Origin: Schmidtea polychroa
Lineage: Eukaryota
Direction of reading: 5' to 3'
Assembly: GCA_044892525.1 (NCBI GenBank)
Contig: CM097885.1
Span: forward strand, 42,286,001 to 42,350,000
Length of the DNA stretch: 64,000 nt
In this document: positions 51,301 through 64,000 of the stretch, piece after piece
Position numbering within the stretch: position 1 is the stretch's first letter
Layout of the letters: each line of letters begins with the position of its first letter
Made by a program: the position numbers and the translations under genes
The notes under the pieces: generated by a model
The model's input: the letters and a program-made list of their open reading frames with translations, nothing else
Database searches by the model: none
What the model was told of the DNA's origin: nothing

Positions 51301-54300
51301 GAACATTTTTAAATTAAACTTATAAACTTCTCTTATACAGGTTCTTAAACTTGTACTTAAGGGCCTATACTTAAATTATAGGCTACTTTAAAATGTCATT
51401 GTGTTAGTTATATTGGTAGAGCAGTGGAATGTCAATTAATGATAAAGTGATGCGAAAAGATTGAAGCTTAGAAGTTGGTCTCAATCTACCTTTCTTCCTG
51501 TCTTGTATAAAGTATTTGTTTAATAGTATATATGTTACAGTTACAGTACAAACTTAGACAATATATACAGTTAACGTTTTACAGTTAACGTTTTAAATTC
51601 AGTTAAAGTATACAGTCACTAGTAAATTTTTTAGTAGCAAAAATTTAGACAATAACAAAATAATAATAAAATTATATCTAGGTTGTATGTTGTTTTGCAA
51701 CATGACATACTAGAAAAACTTTTAGGTGTTTTACTAGTTAATGTATACATTGATTAAGTTTATACATTAACTGTAACACGTATGAGTAAATTTATTGCAT
51801 CCAACAAAACGCTTCATTACTTCAGTTAACAAATCGTGTAGATGTTAATGCCATAGTAGTCATCTAAAAAATTCAAAAATTTCAAAAAAAAAATTAAAAA
51901 TTCAACACCAACAACTTTATCAGGCTGAAAAATAAGAAAATATTAGAAAAATTGATGAAATCACTCAAAGTCTACAATAAAGATAAAGTAAATTTATTAC
52001 ATAACAAATAAATGCAAAAGTAAGTATGTGTGACCCAGATTGAGATCAATGATAAGGCAGTGATGTAAACCCTGCTAAAATTGTCAACGGAAAAAAATTA
52101 CTAGACATACAAAATCAGAGATGAAACAATTACCTGACCTAGGAAAATTTATGGTCATTCGTGTCGATATTGTTGGCCTACTACCTCTAGTTGTTTATAA
52201 TTTCAAGTACAGGCCCTTATCATCAGTTAGTTACAAGTTAAAGAACCTGTATTAGAGAGGTTTATAAGTGGTAACAAAGAATTCTCTCTTAAAGTAACCT
52301 ATAAACGGTAAATCTTAACAATAATCGACCGGTATACTTTGTGGCCAGAAGCTATTCCCATTAGAAATATAACAAGTGAAACTGTTAATAAAACAATCGA
52401 AATGGAATGGATAAGTATATTTTTGGGTCCCCGAAAATTATAATAACTGACAATGTTAAGCAAGTCATGTCATTATTATTCAGGGAATTATGCAATAAGT
52501 ATAATATCGAAAACCGTCACACTACTCCATACCATCCACAGTGCAATGGAAAAGTTTAAAAACTCTAGATCATTTAAAACAGCCTTACGAGCACATTTAA
52601 AAATTCCAACAGAACATAGTCTAATGACATATATATCGTTCTTATTGGACTAAGGAATATTGTCTTCGAAGAAACTGGTTACTCACTAAGTCAGGCTGTT
52701 TTTGGAAATGATGCAAGGCTGCCCGGTGATATAAGAGTGAAATAACGCAAGCAAAGATGGCAAACGTATTTCCCTGAAAAATTGAAATCATGCAGTCATG
52801 TATGGGTAAAATGGGAAATTCGAACTGCTATTTAACCAATATATGAAGGTTCATTTCTTGATCTCAGCAGAACCAAAGAATTTTTTGATTGGAAAAATAT
52901 TAAAACTATTTTTTTCAAAAAAAATAATCTGAATTTGACTTTAAGGTACGGGACACACTATTCCAAGTGTAAATATGTCTTGTTTAAATTTACATTATCT
53001 ATAGTCACAATTTAAAAATATATAAAATTATTTTTTCCAAATTTTATTATTTTTCAACAATTTTTGGGTTTTTTGAATGAAATGGAGTTTCCTGAAAAAT
53101 GAATTATAAATCAAATGCACATTAGCAATTTTGACACTTCAATTTTTCAAGCAATCAACTGGATATATTTTAAATAACAATCCTTAGAAGTGTCGTACAA
53201 TCGATACTAAAAACTTCGAAATATTCACTTTTGCTTGAAACTGAAACTAACTGTCAAAATAGTTTTTTTATATCAGACATAGCACTTCCAGTGCCATGTC
53301 AGTCATTTTTTGACTGACAATGCTTTGCCTCTCGCAGCAAAGAATAAGAAAATAAGGAAATATTTTGGTCTACTGTGATTTTTGTAATGAGTAAGTTCAT
53401 TTGCATAATATTATCAGGTCGATTTGCCTGACAGAGTTTTTAATAAACTTGTCAGGTCAATGTGTCTGACAATGACATGTTAAAAAGGGTTGTTTTTTCT
53501 GTGGCAATGAGAGTGTTAAAATTTCTACAAAATAGTATAAATTGGTTTTTAGAAATTATTGATTTTTTGTATTGTATATTAGATATTAAAATATATTCTT
53601 AACTTATCTTAGCATAAAATTATCTATAAGGCTAATTAACTACTTTATATCCTTTACAATTTTCAAATTTCTTAAAGGAACATCCGCTAGAGGGGGGTTT
53701 GTCTAGATTTATATACATTCTAAAAAAAAACCTTGTGAAGCTAGGCCAAACAAGTAACATGATCAAGAGCCGCGATTGATTTTATGAATCATCTTTGTTG
53801 CAATTTTCCACATGTTAAAATTTTCATTTAAAATTTCCCCAATAATTTATCCATCCAGATTTAATTCTTTTGCCACAATTCTAACGCCACATTCTATTAT
53901 TCCATTTATTCAAAATTGTATAAATATTTATTCTGTCAAATGGAACTTTAAAACAAATTTATAACTATCAAAATATGAAACCTTCAAATATTAATGTAAT
54001 TGTTATTAAAGTCTCTGAGTCAATATTGAGGAATGTTAAAAGTCGTTTGGAAAATAAAACTATCTTTATTAGGTTCAAATTTATTATGTGGATTATTTGA
54101 TAAAGTTAAATCCATCTTTAGATCCATCTTTAAATTTGCAGCAAAAATCTTGAAACTAACAATATATATTTAATCAAAGAATTTATAAATAACAAGTTTT
54201 AATTAATTCACAAAAACCGCAAATTCCTAATTATTAAAACAACAAGATATCTAACTCTCCCCTTCTTAAGACTTTTTCCACTTCTTCAGCCACTCGATTC

Positions 54301-57300
54301 TTCTTTCTTTCGTTCCTTCTTGTGAATGTAGTTCGACTCGATGAGGTGATAGAAATCTGGCGATTTTATATGGGCCATCGTATTGCATACCATCCTTGTG
54401 CCTGTTCTGCGGCTCTTTACGTACGAGTACCTCCTCCCCCACTTCGAAAACACGAGTGCCCCTCTTTGTCTTATCCATAGCTCTCATAGTGTATGCGGCT
54501 TTACTCGAGTTAAATCTCGCGTCTTCGATTCTTTCGCTGCTTGATATCTCGGCTAGTTTCAGGTTAGAGTGTAGGTTAACACTCCGTCCATAAATTATCT
54601 CAAATGGTGATAAACCTGTAGCACTTTGTCGACTGCTATTTATAGTGAACTCTATTCTGGGTAGAAGTTCGTGCCAGTTTCTCTCTTCACATCCGCCTGC
54701 CAATGTTGCTGTAATAAGATCTCTTATCGTTCGTATGGCTCTTTCGGCTAAACCATTTGATTGGTGCTGATAAGGTGAGCTGAATTCCTGTTTGATTCCA
54801 AGTTTCTGTAGCTTCTGTCTTAGGAAATTCCCTTCAAAATTTCGGCCTCTATCTGTTAAAATGCTCTTCGGTTTTCCAAATCGATAGATCCAACTATTAA
54901 GTATTGTTTTGAAAATGGTCCCTTTGTCTTGCTTTGTGATTGCAGTTAAAGAAATCAGTTTGCTAAAACTGTCCACCATTACTACCATATATTTTTTTTG
55001 GCGTTTATTTCCATGTAAGCCACATCTATAACAATCTGTTCTAGGAATTCAGAGCTATATCTAGGAATAAATGTTTCCTTGGTTCTTGTCTGATCGATCT
55101 TTCTCTTAGCGCAGATCTCGCAACATTGTAAACAGAATTGGATTGTTTCTTGCATTTTCAGCCAATAAAATATTTTTTCCATATAATGAAATAATTTCTT
55201 AACTCCAATGTGACATAGTTCTTCATGTAGCGTTGTTGGTAACAGGCCTGCAAATATTTCTGGGACTAACATTAATATATTTTTGTTCTTTTCTACTGTT
55301 ATTAATCCTCCATCAATTTGTGTATTTTTTACGTTAAAAGGAAAACAATTCTTTTTCTCCCGTGTACATCCATTTTGCAATATCTCTCGCAGCTCTCGAA
55401 ACCGAATGTTCTTTTGTTGTTGTTCCCATACTTTTTCCATAGCTTCTGTTCTTTGGATAGTATATATATATATATATATATATATAATCTTTGATTTTCC
55501 TTCCTTAGCTTCTTCATGTCTTGTTTGACACTGGGTGCAAACCATACTTTTTAATCTTGATAGTCCATCTGCATTTGAGTGTTCTTCGCCTTTCCGATAT
55601 TTTAGTTCAACCATGTTTTGAATTGCGGACTGATTGCCGTTTTTGTAGTGTTCATGAAAACCAATGCCTTGTGATCGGTGCGAATTATGAATTTTTTTCC
55701 GTACAGATATTCTCTAAAATGCATGACGTATTCATGTACGGCGAGCAGTTCTTTCCTGGTTACACAGTATCCCTTTTCATGTGATGACATATGTCTCGAG
55801 CCATAAGCTATGACAGATTCTTCTCCATCTTCTGTAATTTGACTCAAAACTGCACCAATGGCTCCGAAACTAGCGTCTGTGTCTAAGATAAAAGTCCTAT
55901 CTTATCTTGGAAAATCAAGGATAGGTGCTTCGCACAACCGTCTCTTCAGAGTTTGGAAGCTCTCATTGCATTCTTTAGTCCAATTTATATCTTTATCGCA
56001 TCCAGATGTTGCAGCGTATAATGGTTCGGCGATTTTGGCATAGTCTTTGATGAATCTTCTATAGTAGTTCGTTAATACGAGAAACGATCTCAATTGTTTT
56101 GAACATTTTGGTACTTCTGCTTTCTCGATCTCTTCCACTTTCTTCCTGTTTGTCTGGATACCCTTCTCGTTAATTGTGTGACCAAGGAAACACAATTCTG
56201 TTTTATTGAATTTGCATTTTTCTGGATTTATCTTCAGTCCTGCCATTTGAATTCTTCTGAATATTTCCCTTAATAGCTCATCGTGGTGTTTTTGACTCTT
56301 ACCATATACCAAGATATCATCTAGATAAACTACTACTCCCTTGAATAGCATTCCTTCTAGCACTGTGTGCATCAGTCTCTGGAATGTCGCAGGAGCTGTT
56401 GCTAAGCCAAACGGTAGTCTATTGAAGCAAAATTGTCCTTCTCTTGTACTGAATGCAGTCATTTCTTGAATTTCTGGAGCCAACTCCACTTGATAATACG
56501 CCTGACCTAAATCGATTGACGAAAATACTTTTGCATTCGCGAGACAGTCTATTAAGAATTTGCTGTTAGGCATAGGAAATGACACTTTTTCTGTTATGGA
56601 ATTTAATCCACGATAATCTACACACATCCTGATAGATCCATCTTTCTTCCCTACTATAACTAACGGGGCATTCCAAGGACTCTTGCAACATCGAATAACA
56701 TTTGCTTTCATTAACTCTTATCAGTTCTTCAATCCTTTTCTCTATGTGCATTGGTTGACGTCGAGGATGTTGCATTATTGGGCCTCCTGTTATCCACATC
56801 TCATGTCGAACTAAGTTTGTAAATCCCAGATCGAATTTCGATGCCATAAAAATTCCGCCGTATTCCCTGATCATTCCTTCAATATCTTTATTATTGTCAC
56901 CTGCCATCGCCACTAGTGCTATATTTATTCTTTCTTCATCAGTGTAAATTTTGTTTATCAATGACGTTTCTATATTATTGATTTTCACAAACTTTACTCC
57001 AAACTCTTTCATTGTATCAATGCCCCCTATGAATTCGGGTTTGATCTCTTTTACCACTACTACTGTGATTATTTTCGTCTTCTGATTCCATGTGGCCGGA
57101 ATAGTCATGTATCCCATTGCTTTTTCACCTCCAGTTGAAAAAACTCCGCACAATTATATCATACTACGTTTAAGTTCTGGTTTGCCTATTTTCTCCCACA
57201 AACTCTTGCTCATGACTGTTACTGATGCTCCAGAATCCCATAACATCTCTGTTTCGGCATTATTCAACATTATTTTACTCCAATTTCTTCCATCTTTCGT

Positions 57301-60300
57301 CTGGTACATCTTTTATTCTGCCTCGCCTCTTCGTCGTTCATTTCTTATTTCACAATTTATTGTCTTGACTCCACCGACGAAATGAAACCCATGGAGTCGA
57401 TGTTGTTTTTTCCGTCTTCTCTCAATATAATATATTTTTCAGGGACATTGTATCTATCTTCCATGTCGCTGTGAGCAGTTCTGAAATCCTGGCTGTTCTC
57501 GGTGTAATCTCTTCTTTCAGATTTTGAATCTTCTTCTTCTATGCACGCTATCATTTGATATCGGTGTGGAACCTCTTTCCGTAACGAAAAACAATCTCGG
57601 AAACCGTGACCTTCCTTGCCACAAATCAGGCATTTATTTCCCAGTGGACACTCATACCTTCTGTGTCCCTTTTCGCCACAGCAAAAACAATCACCTACCG
57701 TTAATTTTGGGACCGATGCTTGTGGTAGTCCTCTACTTTCGTTGTACAGCCTCCTTGCTATATTCTTCATGGATATTGTTGGCAGCTTCCTTTCTGAGCT
57801 ATTCGGGATTCTCGCATTTCTCAAGAATTGTTCTCTTGGAGATTGTTCTCGACGACCATGGTTATTTCCTTCATATTGTATTGGTCCGCGTATAGGATAT
57901 TCGTCTCTTCTTGATCTGTGGTGACTAAATCGGTCTTCTGATTGCCTTCTTTGTGGTGATGTAGGCATGGGATTTTGGGTATTTTGTTGAATTCTCATCT
58001 GCCCTCCCTCAGTCACGCTAGCGTATGTTCTTTGACCGATTGCTTTAACAAATTCTGTTTTATGGTTTCCATTTTTGTTACTTTCAAAAATTTTCACCAA
58101 TGATCTCGTTTCTTCAATTTTTGTTTCTGGTTTCGTCAATAGTATCTCCCGCAGTCTCGCATCGTGTGCTTTATTTGCGATGAGGTCTTGAACAATATCT
58201 TCTTCTGATCGTCCTGAATTTACAACTTCAGCTAAAGCTTTTCTTAGCCGTATCTCAAAAGCTGCAAACCTTTCATCATCTTCCTGTTCCATAGCTGCCA
58301 ATTCTTTGATTTTGTCAGTTATAGATTTTGTAATTGTGAACGTATTTAAGAACCACGCTTTGGCTTTTACATCTGTTGTTTCTGTTTCTCTGACGTTTCC
58401 CCACAATGTCTTTGCTTCTGCCACTAATAACACATCGAAAGTGCTTGTCAATCGCTGTCCATTTGCCAGCAACCATTCTTCTATATCTCTGATCCATTCT
58501 TCGGCTTCTTTTAAACCTCGTCCATCATATCGTCTGATGTTTAATGTGAGCATGTCTTGGCATGATTTCGGTAGGCATTCCATTAGCGATTTTGTCGATT
58601 TCGAAATGGCGTTGATATTTTGATTTTCGGCGTGGTCGCCAGTTAAATCCATCTTTAAATTTGCAGCAAAAATCTTGAAACTAACAATATATATTTAATC
58701 AAAGAATTTATAAATAACAAGTTTTAATTAATTCACAAAAACCGCAAATTCCTAATTATTAAAACAACAAGATATCTAACTGATAATATGTAGATTATTT
58801 ACAGGGTTATTCCCTATTATAAAGCGACTATTCATAATTATAAATCATTTATTCAATATTCTAAATCATTTATTCAAAATTATAAATTAATTTTTCAAAA
58901 TTATAAATTAATTATTCTAAATTCTAAATTAATTATTCTTATTATTTATTCTAAAAATTAATTTTGTCCCAGAAGAAACATAAGAAAACTACGACGACAG
59001 TGTATAACTGTTATGTATTAATAGCAAACAAATAACCACATAATCATGTCACAGATTGCATTGTAACATGCAGAGACGCAAGCAGTAGGTAAAAAAACCT
59101 TCGAGATTTGTCTTTTCAATGATAATATTTAAAAAAGTATTAGTTAATTAAATATATTTATAAAAAAATATTAAACACCAACATATTTAATAAAAAAACA
59201 TCAAAATGTTAAAAGAATTCCCCGTTGTATGCAAAAACAAGGTATTCCCGCATTCTCTCATAATACAAACCATATAATATAGACGGATCCACACTCATTT
59301 CAGCAATAACCCTGGCTACATTCTCCTTTATCATTACAGATGTCGCTGGTTCGAGCCTAATTGCTGAATATCTGCTTTTAATTGTTGAGAATATGTTTTC
59401 AATTGGATTTACATCCGGACTATAAGGGGGGTAAATATTTTATGATAATACTTTTTTCTACTCAAAAATCTTTTACAATATCACTATGGTGAAATCTTAC
59501 ATTATCCATAACTAATATATCATTTGCTTTTATTTGTTGTATATTATAAGCTTCATTTAAAAATTACAACAGTTTCTCAGCATTATATGCACCATCGATC
59601 AATTAAAAATGGTTTATCTTTTCAGCGCAAATAATGGCAAGTAGAGATACATTTCTGCCTCGGTTAGCTCGGTTAGGATTGGACTCGTTCATCATGACTC
59701 GTTCATCTTTTTATTATTTTTAAAATGATCCAAAACAATAAATTAATTCTAAAATCATTTTGATTAATTTATAATTTAGAATAATTACTTTATAATTTTA
59801 TATAAATGATTTAGAACAGTGGTGGCCAACCCAAATCAATCGAAGGGCCAAATTTTCGGAAAAATACTATCACGGACCACAATAAATTCATTTAAATAAA
59901 TATAACTCGTTTTTACGATTCAAGTAAACTTAGAATCAATTTTTAAAATTAAAAACATGCTTAATTCGAATATGAATTCTAAAAAAGACAATTATTGATT
60001 TGATGTTGACAATTATTTCAGAACGCTTCGCGGGCCACTGGCTGGCCATGGCTGATTTAGAATATTGAATAAATGATTTATAATTATGAATAGTCGCTTT
60101 ATAATAGGGAATAACCATGTAATATGTGGATTATATGTAGATTATTTGAATGATCTAATCGATTGTTTATGATATTGATTATAATAATTAATAATAATAA
60201 TAATATTATAGTCAACGGATTGCCAAAAAGTTAATACATGTCTCATGAAGCATCAATTAGCTTATATTAAAATTTGTTTTCATCGAAAATTACCAAATGA

Positions 60301-60702
60301 TGATAATGCAGTTTTCAACTCTTGAAAGTCGATTGTGCCGGAATTATCCAAATCAAATCTATGGAAAGTTTGTTGCCATTGATTAATATAAGTCCATAGA
60401 GCTTCAAACTCTTGAAAACTGATTTGTCCATTATTATCTCGATCAAACATTCCTATCATTAATCTAACGGTTTCAGGATTGAAAGGTGTCCAGGTACCTT
60501 TATATTTAGTAAAAAATATATTACTTATTCACTTATCACCATTTGACAATGCTTTTTGTAATTCTTCTTGACTAATTTCACCACTTCTATCGCGATCCAC
60601 TCTGAAATAGATATCGGTTTGATATTGAAAATAATATAAATTTTCAACTTACTTATTAAACACGTCACGCAAATAATTAGGATTAGGACGATTGTTTTGC
60701 AT
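45319..60702 (-). CDS. PDCD6: Host programmed cell death protein 6 (ALG-2, penta-EF-hand), 175 aa; exons 60653-60702, 60540-60601, 60294-60497, 47817-47926, 45319-45420
   Basis: Canonical GT-AG joins give 528 nt in frame: VDRDRSGEISQEELQKALSNGTWTPFNPETVRLMIGMFDRD..FGYRLSD..VAFDDFIQAC..LTNAFRSYDTDMDGVITIGYEQFL. Confidence 0.93.
46975..47206. mobile_element. piggyBac-type MITE
   Basis: TIR CCTCTTAAGTGG / CCACTTAAGAGG flanked by TTAA on both sides. Confidence 0.75.
48039..49660 (-). pseudogene. Gypsy gag relics (four CCHC knuckles; N-terminal gag piece and PBS)
   Basis: ORF 48039-48629 has four CX2CX4HX4C motifs. ACA-TGGCGACCC (LTR end/PBS) near 49650. An AT-rich ~35-bp tandem repeat at 48720-49020 lies between. 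Confidence 0.7.
52310..52860 (+). pseudogene. Degraded Gypsy integrase fragment
   Basis: LTIIDRYTLWPEAIPIRNITSETV, ITD and YHPQCNGK motifs with frameshifts. Confidence 0.7.
54104..58781 (-). mobile_element. Full-length Ty3/Gypsy LTR retrotransposon in PDCD6 intron; pol frameshifted
   Basis: LTRs 58641-58781 and 54104-54256 (AGTT..AACT), TSD GATAA, PBS TGGCGACCACG, PPT GAAGGGGAG. Gag 57357-58652 with CCHC; PR (WDSGA), RT (YLDD), RNase H and integrase in that order. Confidence 0.93.
58802..60119 (-). mobile_element. Degraded Tc1/mariner (IS630-like) DNA transposon
   Basis: TIRs CAGGGTTATTCCCTATTATAAAGCGACT / AGTCGCTTTATAATAGGGAATAACCATG with TA flanks. Minus-strand MDNVRFHH and PPYSPDVNPIE motifs. 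Confidence 0.82.
59817..60054. mobile_element. hAT-type MITE nested in the Tc1 TIR
   Basis: CAGTGGTGGCCA..TGGCCATGGCTG ends; 8-bp TSD ATTTAGAA. Confidence 0.8.
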
Positions 60703-61508
60703 TTATATAAAATTAATTATATAAAATCGATTTTTAAAATGTTAGAATTATAAAAGTTAAACTTAAAATAAATTAGAGTTATATGATGTTGTAGATATAT
60801 TTAAAGAAACCTATTTAATTATTGTACACCTTTAAATCATTTAATTTTCGAATTATAAAAAATATTTTTTAGAAAATGTTAAGAAATTTTACGTTCTCAT
60901 ATTACATTGATTATTTCATTAAACATTAATTTAATCATCAACATTAAAAAGTAATTTTTTAATAAATCAAATTATATTTAATAATAATGCATAAAAGCAA
61001 TATTCGAATAAACGAATTTTATATATTAGAAGACTTTAGAGACATAGTATTTATTATTACGAATAAACTGATCATCCTTCTGGAGGAAGTAATTATATTA
61101 TAAATATCTTGAGCAAGATACACGTGCATCAATAATGCAATATCGCACCTTTGATAGACAGACATACATTACGTACTATTAAGTCATACAAATTACACAT
61201 GCAATGATATTATTTCAAATAGGTATTATTTACAGTTATCCTACATCCCCATTCGTTTGAAAATGTTTGATCCATTTAATATTTCTTATTAGGAGGTTCA
61301 TCCTGTAAAACATTAAAATCAGTTTTTGTTTCCATAAATTTTATTTCAGTAAATATCAGTATCAAATTATATCTTCTTAAAACTTTCTTATTTAAACAAA
61401 TTTTCTACGAAGATATTTTTAATTAAAATATCTTCTTATTTTAAAAATTAATCTAAAATTTAATTTTTAAAATTTTCAATTTAAAAATTTCTTCATCATA
61501 AAACTTCC

Positions 61509-64000
61509 TCATATCCCCCTTCTTAAGAAATTTTTAAGTTTTTCCACATTTCTTTCAATCCTTTTTCCATCTTCATTTCTTAAGATGTATCGTCTGTCAT
61601 GCACTTTCTCTATCACTTTGTACGGACCTTCATACCTGTCCTGGCCTTTGTGGCGTGTTTCTACTTTTACTAATACTTCTTCTCCTACATTGAATTTTCT
61701 CCTTGTTTGTTCTTCTAGTTCTTCCTTTATCGGTATTTCTTTGGACCCGTACCATTTTTCCCTGCTAATCTTTTTTCCAAAAACTATCTCTGTCGGGCTT
61801 TTCCCTGTCGTTTTTTGTTTGGTTGCATTTAAAGTGAATTCGACTTCTGGTAATATCTCTGCCCAATCCGTCTTCTTTCTATCCTGTAAAGTAGCCTTTA
61901 TCAAATCCCGTATTGTCCTGAATTGTCTTTCAATCTGACCGTTTGTTTGGTGATGGTATGGACTCGAAAAACATAATTTAATATCTAGCATCTTTGTGAA
62001 TTCTCTCATCATTCCTGATTCAAATGCCTTTCCGCAATCAAGTCTTATCTCCTTTGGGCATCCAAATCTTAAAATCCACTTTTCTAAAATCGTTTTCTTT
62101 ATTGTTTCTTCGTCTTGTTTTGTTATCGCTGTCAAGACTTGATACTTACTATACTGATCTATTATGCCCAATATATACTTCTTACGTCCTTTTGTTTCTG
62201 TCAACGGTCCACATATATCCACGAATATAATTTCGAAGATTTCCTTCGAATCTTGTTTTTTTACTGGTTCTTTCGTTGTTATTGTTAAAGCCTTGGTTTT
62301 TTGACAAATCTCACAACTTCGAACAATTTCCTGAATCTGACTCCACAGGTGTTTTCCAACATATCTATCTTTCATATAATCGGCTATCTTCTCGACTCCA
62401 GCATGACACAATAGTCTATGTATTTCCTTTATTGTTTCTTGTAACTCACTTTCAGGTATCATCGTTTACTTTCGTACTTCTTCTACAATTCCATGTTGGA
62501 TGTTGCTTCTTCCTTCTTCTCTGATCGAGTCTAGTAATCTGGTTTTTATCTTTCCTTTCTTAGCTTCTTCGTGGGCCATTTGACATTGAACACACGTGTC
62601 ACATTTAGTTCTCGACACCATGTCTGCATTTTGGTGATTAATACACTTTCTGTATTCTACTCTTATATCTAAACTGCTCAAATAATTGATCCATGTTTGG
62701 AATTGTGAAGTAATCGGCTTCTTGGTTGTCATCATAAACGTGATTGCCTTGTGGTCTGTCCTGAGCGTGAATCTTCTTCCGTAGAGATAGTGCTTAAAAT
62801 GAATGCAAAAATAATATACCGCCAATAGTTCCTTTCTTGTAATACAATATCCTTTCTTGTGGCTCGTCATCGAGTGTGATCCATACGCAATTACTCTTTC
62901 CTTTCCATCTTTATCTCTTTGTGAAAGTACTGCTCCAATGGTATCAAAACTAGCGTCGGTATCCCTTTACTCAGTATCCCTTTTCATGGGCCGTCAGATT
63001 TCTTGAACCGTATGCGATAACTATTTCTGAACCGTCTTCTTTTATTTGACTCAACACTGCTCCAATAGCTTCGAAACTGGCATCAATATCCAAAATAAAT
63101 TTACGGTCTATACGAGGAAAATCAAGAATAGGTGCTTGTGTTAAGGCTTCTTTAAGTTGTTTAAAACTGTTTTCACAATTTTCTGACCATTCGATTGTTT
63201 TATCACAACTTGACGCTGCTGCATGTAGGGGTGCTGCGATTTTAGCATAATCTTTGACAAATCGTCTATAGTAATTTGTCAAACCTAGAAAAGATCGAAG
63301 TTGTTTAGCACACTGTGGTTTCGTCGCTTCTGTAATTGACTTGATCTTCTCTGAATTTGTCTGTATTCCATCTTCACTGACGGTGTGACCAAGGAATTTT
63401 AATTTGGTTTTGTAAATTTCGCATTTCTCCGGATTTATTCTTAGTCCTGTTTTTTTTATTCTTTTGAAAACCTCTCGCAATCGCTCATCATGTTCAGACT
63501 GGTCCTTGCCATATACCAGAATATCGTCTAAATAAATAATTGCTCCATTAAACAAATTACCCTCTAACATCGTGTGCATTAATCGCTGAAATGTTGCTGG
63601 AGCCGTTGATAATCCAAATGGAAGTCGATTGAAACAAAATTGACCTTCTTTGGAACTAAAATCCGTTTTTTCTTGTGCTTCCTCTGCTAATGCGACCTGA
63701 TAGTATGCTTGTCCAAGATCTAAAGAAGAAAAGAATTTAGATCCTGATAGGTTATCGAGTAATTGGGACATGTTGGGCATAGGAAAAGATTCTCTTTCTG
63801 TCATCTTATTCAACTCTCGATAATCTACGCACATTCGTATTGAGCCGTCTTTCTTTCCTACTACAACCAATGGGGAGCTCCATGGACTTTTACAGCGTCT
63901 TATAACTCCAGCTTTTGTTAACTCTTTTATCATATCGCCAATTTTCTGTTCTAGATGCATCGGTTGTCGTCTTGGAAATTGCATTGTTGGATTCCCAGAT
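61509..64000 (-). mobile_element. Second Ty3/Gypsy element (RT-RNase H-integrase), continues beyond the window
   Basis: RT YLDD in 62971-63984, RNase H in 62466-62960, integrase 61509-62462 and PPT AAGAAGGGGG. Confidence 0.9.

Noticed and set aside
51400..51490. tRNA/SINE-like A-box (TAGTTATATTGGTAGAGC)
   Set aside because: No convincing B-box or cloverleaf; lies within a degenerate inverted-repeat element (~51317-52270).

Overview
AT-rich eukaryotic (animal-type) genomic DNA with very short GT-AG introns (about 37-51 bp). This would fit a triclad flatworm, but the host cannot be determined from the window. Bases 1-35.4 kb are a pile of nested Maverick/Polinton (adintovirus-like) endogenous DNA viruses. 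The centrepiece is an apparently complete, young 19.7-kb element (15432-35159; AGTAG termini, 1.2/1.5-kb TIRs, 6-bp TSD TCTGTC) inserted into the pPolB gene of an older Maverick. It carries the full core set: pPolB, integrase with chromodomain, packaging ATPase, major and minor capsid proteins, adenain protease and core proteins. It also carries an accessory set that is largely hidden from the ORF track by splicing: a two-exon Bcl-2 homologue, a TBP-like protein, an IAP-type RING protein, a six-exon multi-SIM plus Cys/His protein upstream of pPolB that is conserved in the older element, a putative GPI-anchored coiled-coil glycoprotein and an overprinted myristoylation-type ORF. Its TIRs are dense arrays of AP-1 (TGACTCA) and NR5A/ERR-type (TCAAGGTCA) sites. 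The right part of the window holds the host PDCD6/ALG-2 gene (5 exons, minus strand, 45319-60702). Its introns and flanks contain Gypsy LTR elements, hAT, Tc1 and piggyBac-type relics, and a Penelope fragment with a hammerhead ribozyme. All calls are by eye from sequence and motif knowledge; no database searches were run.
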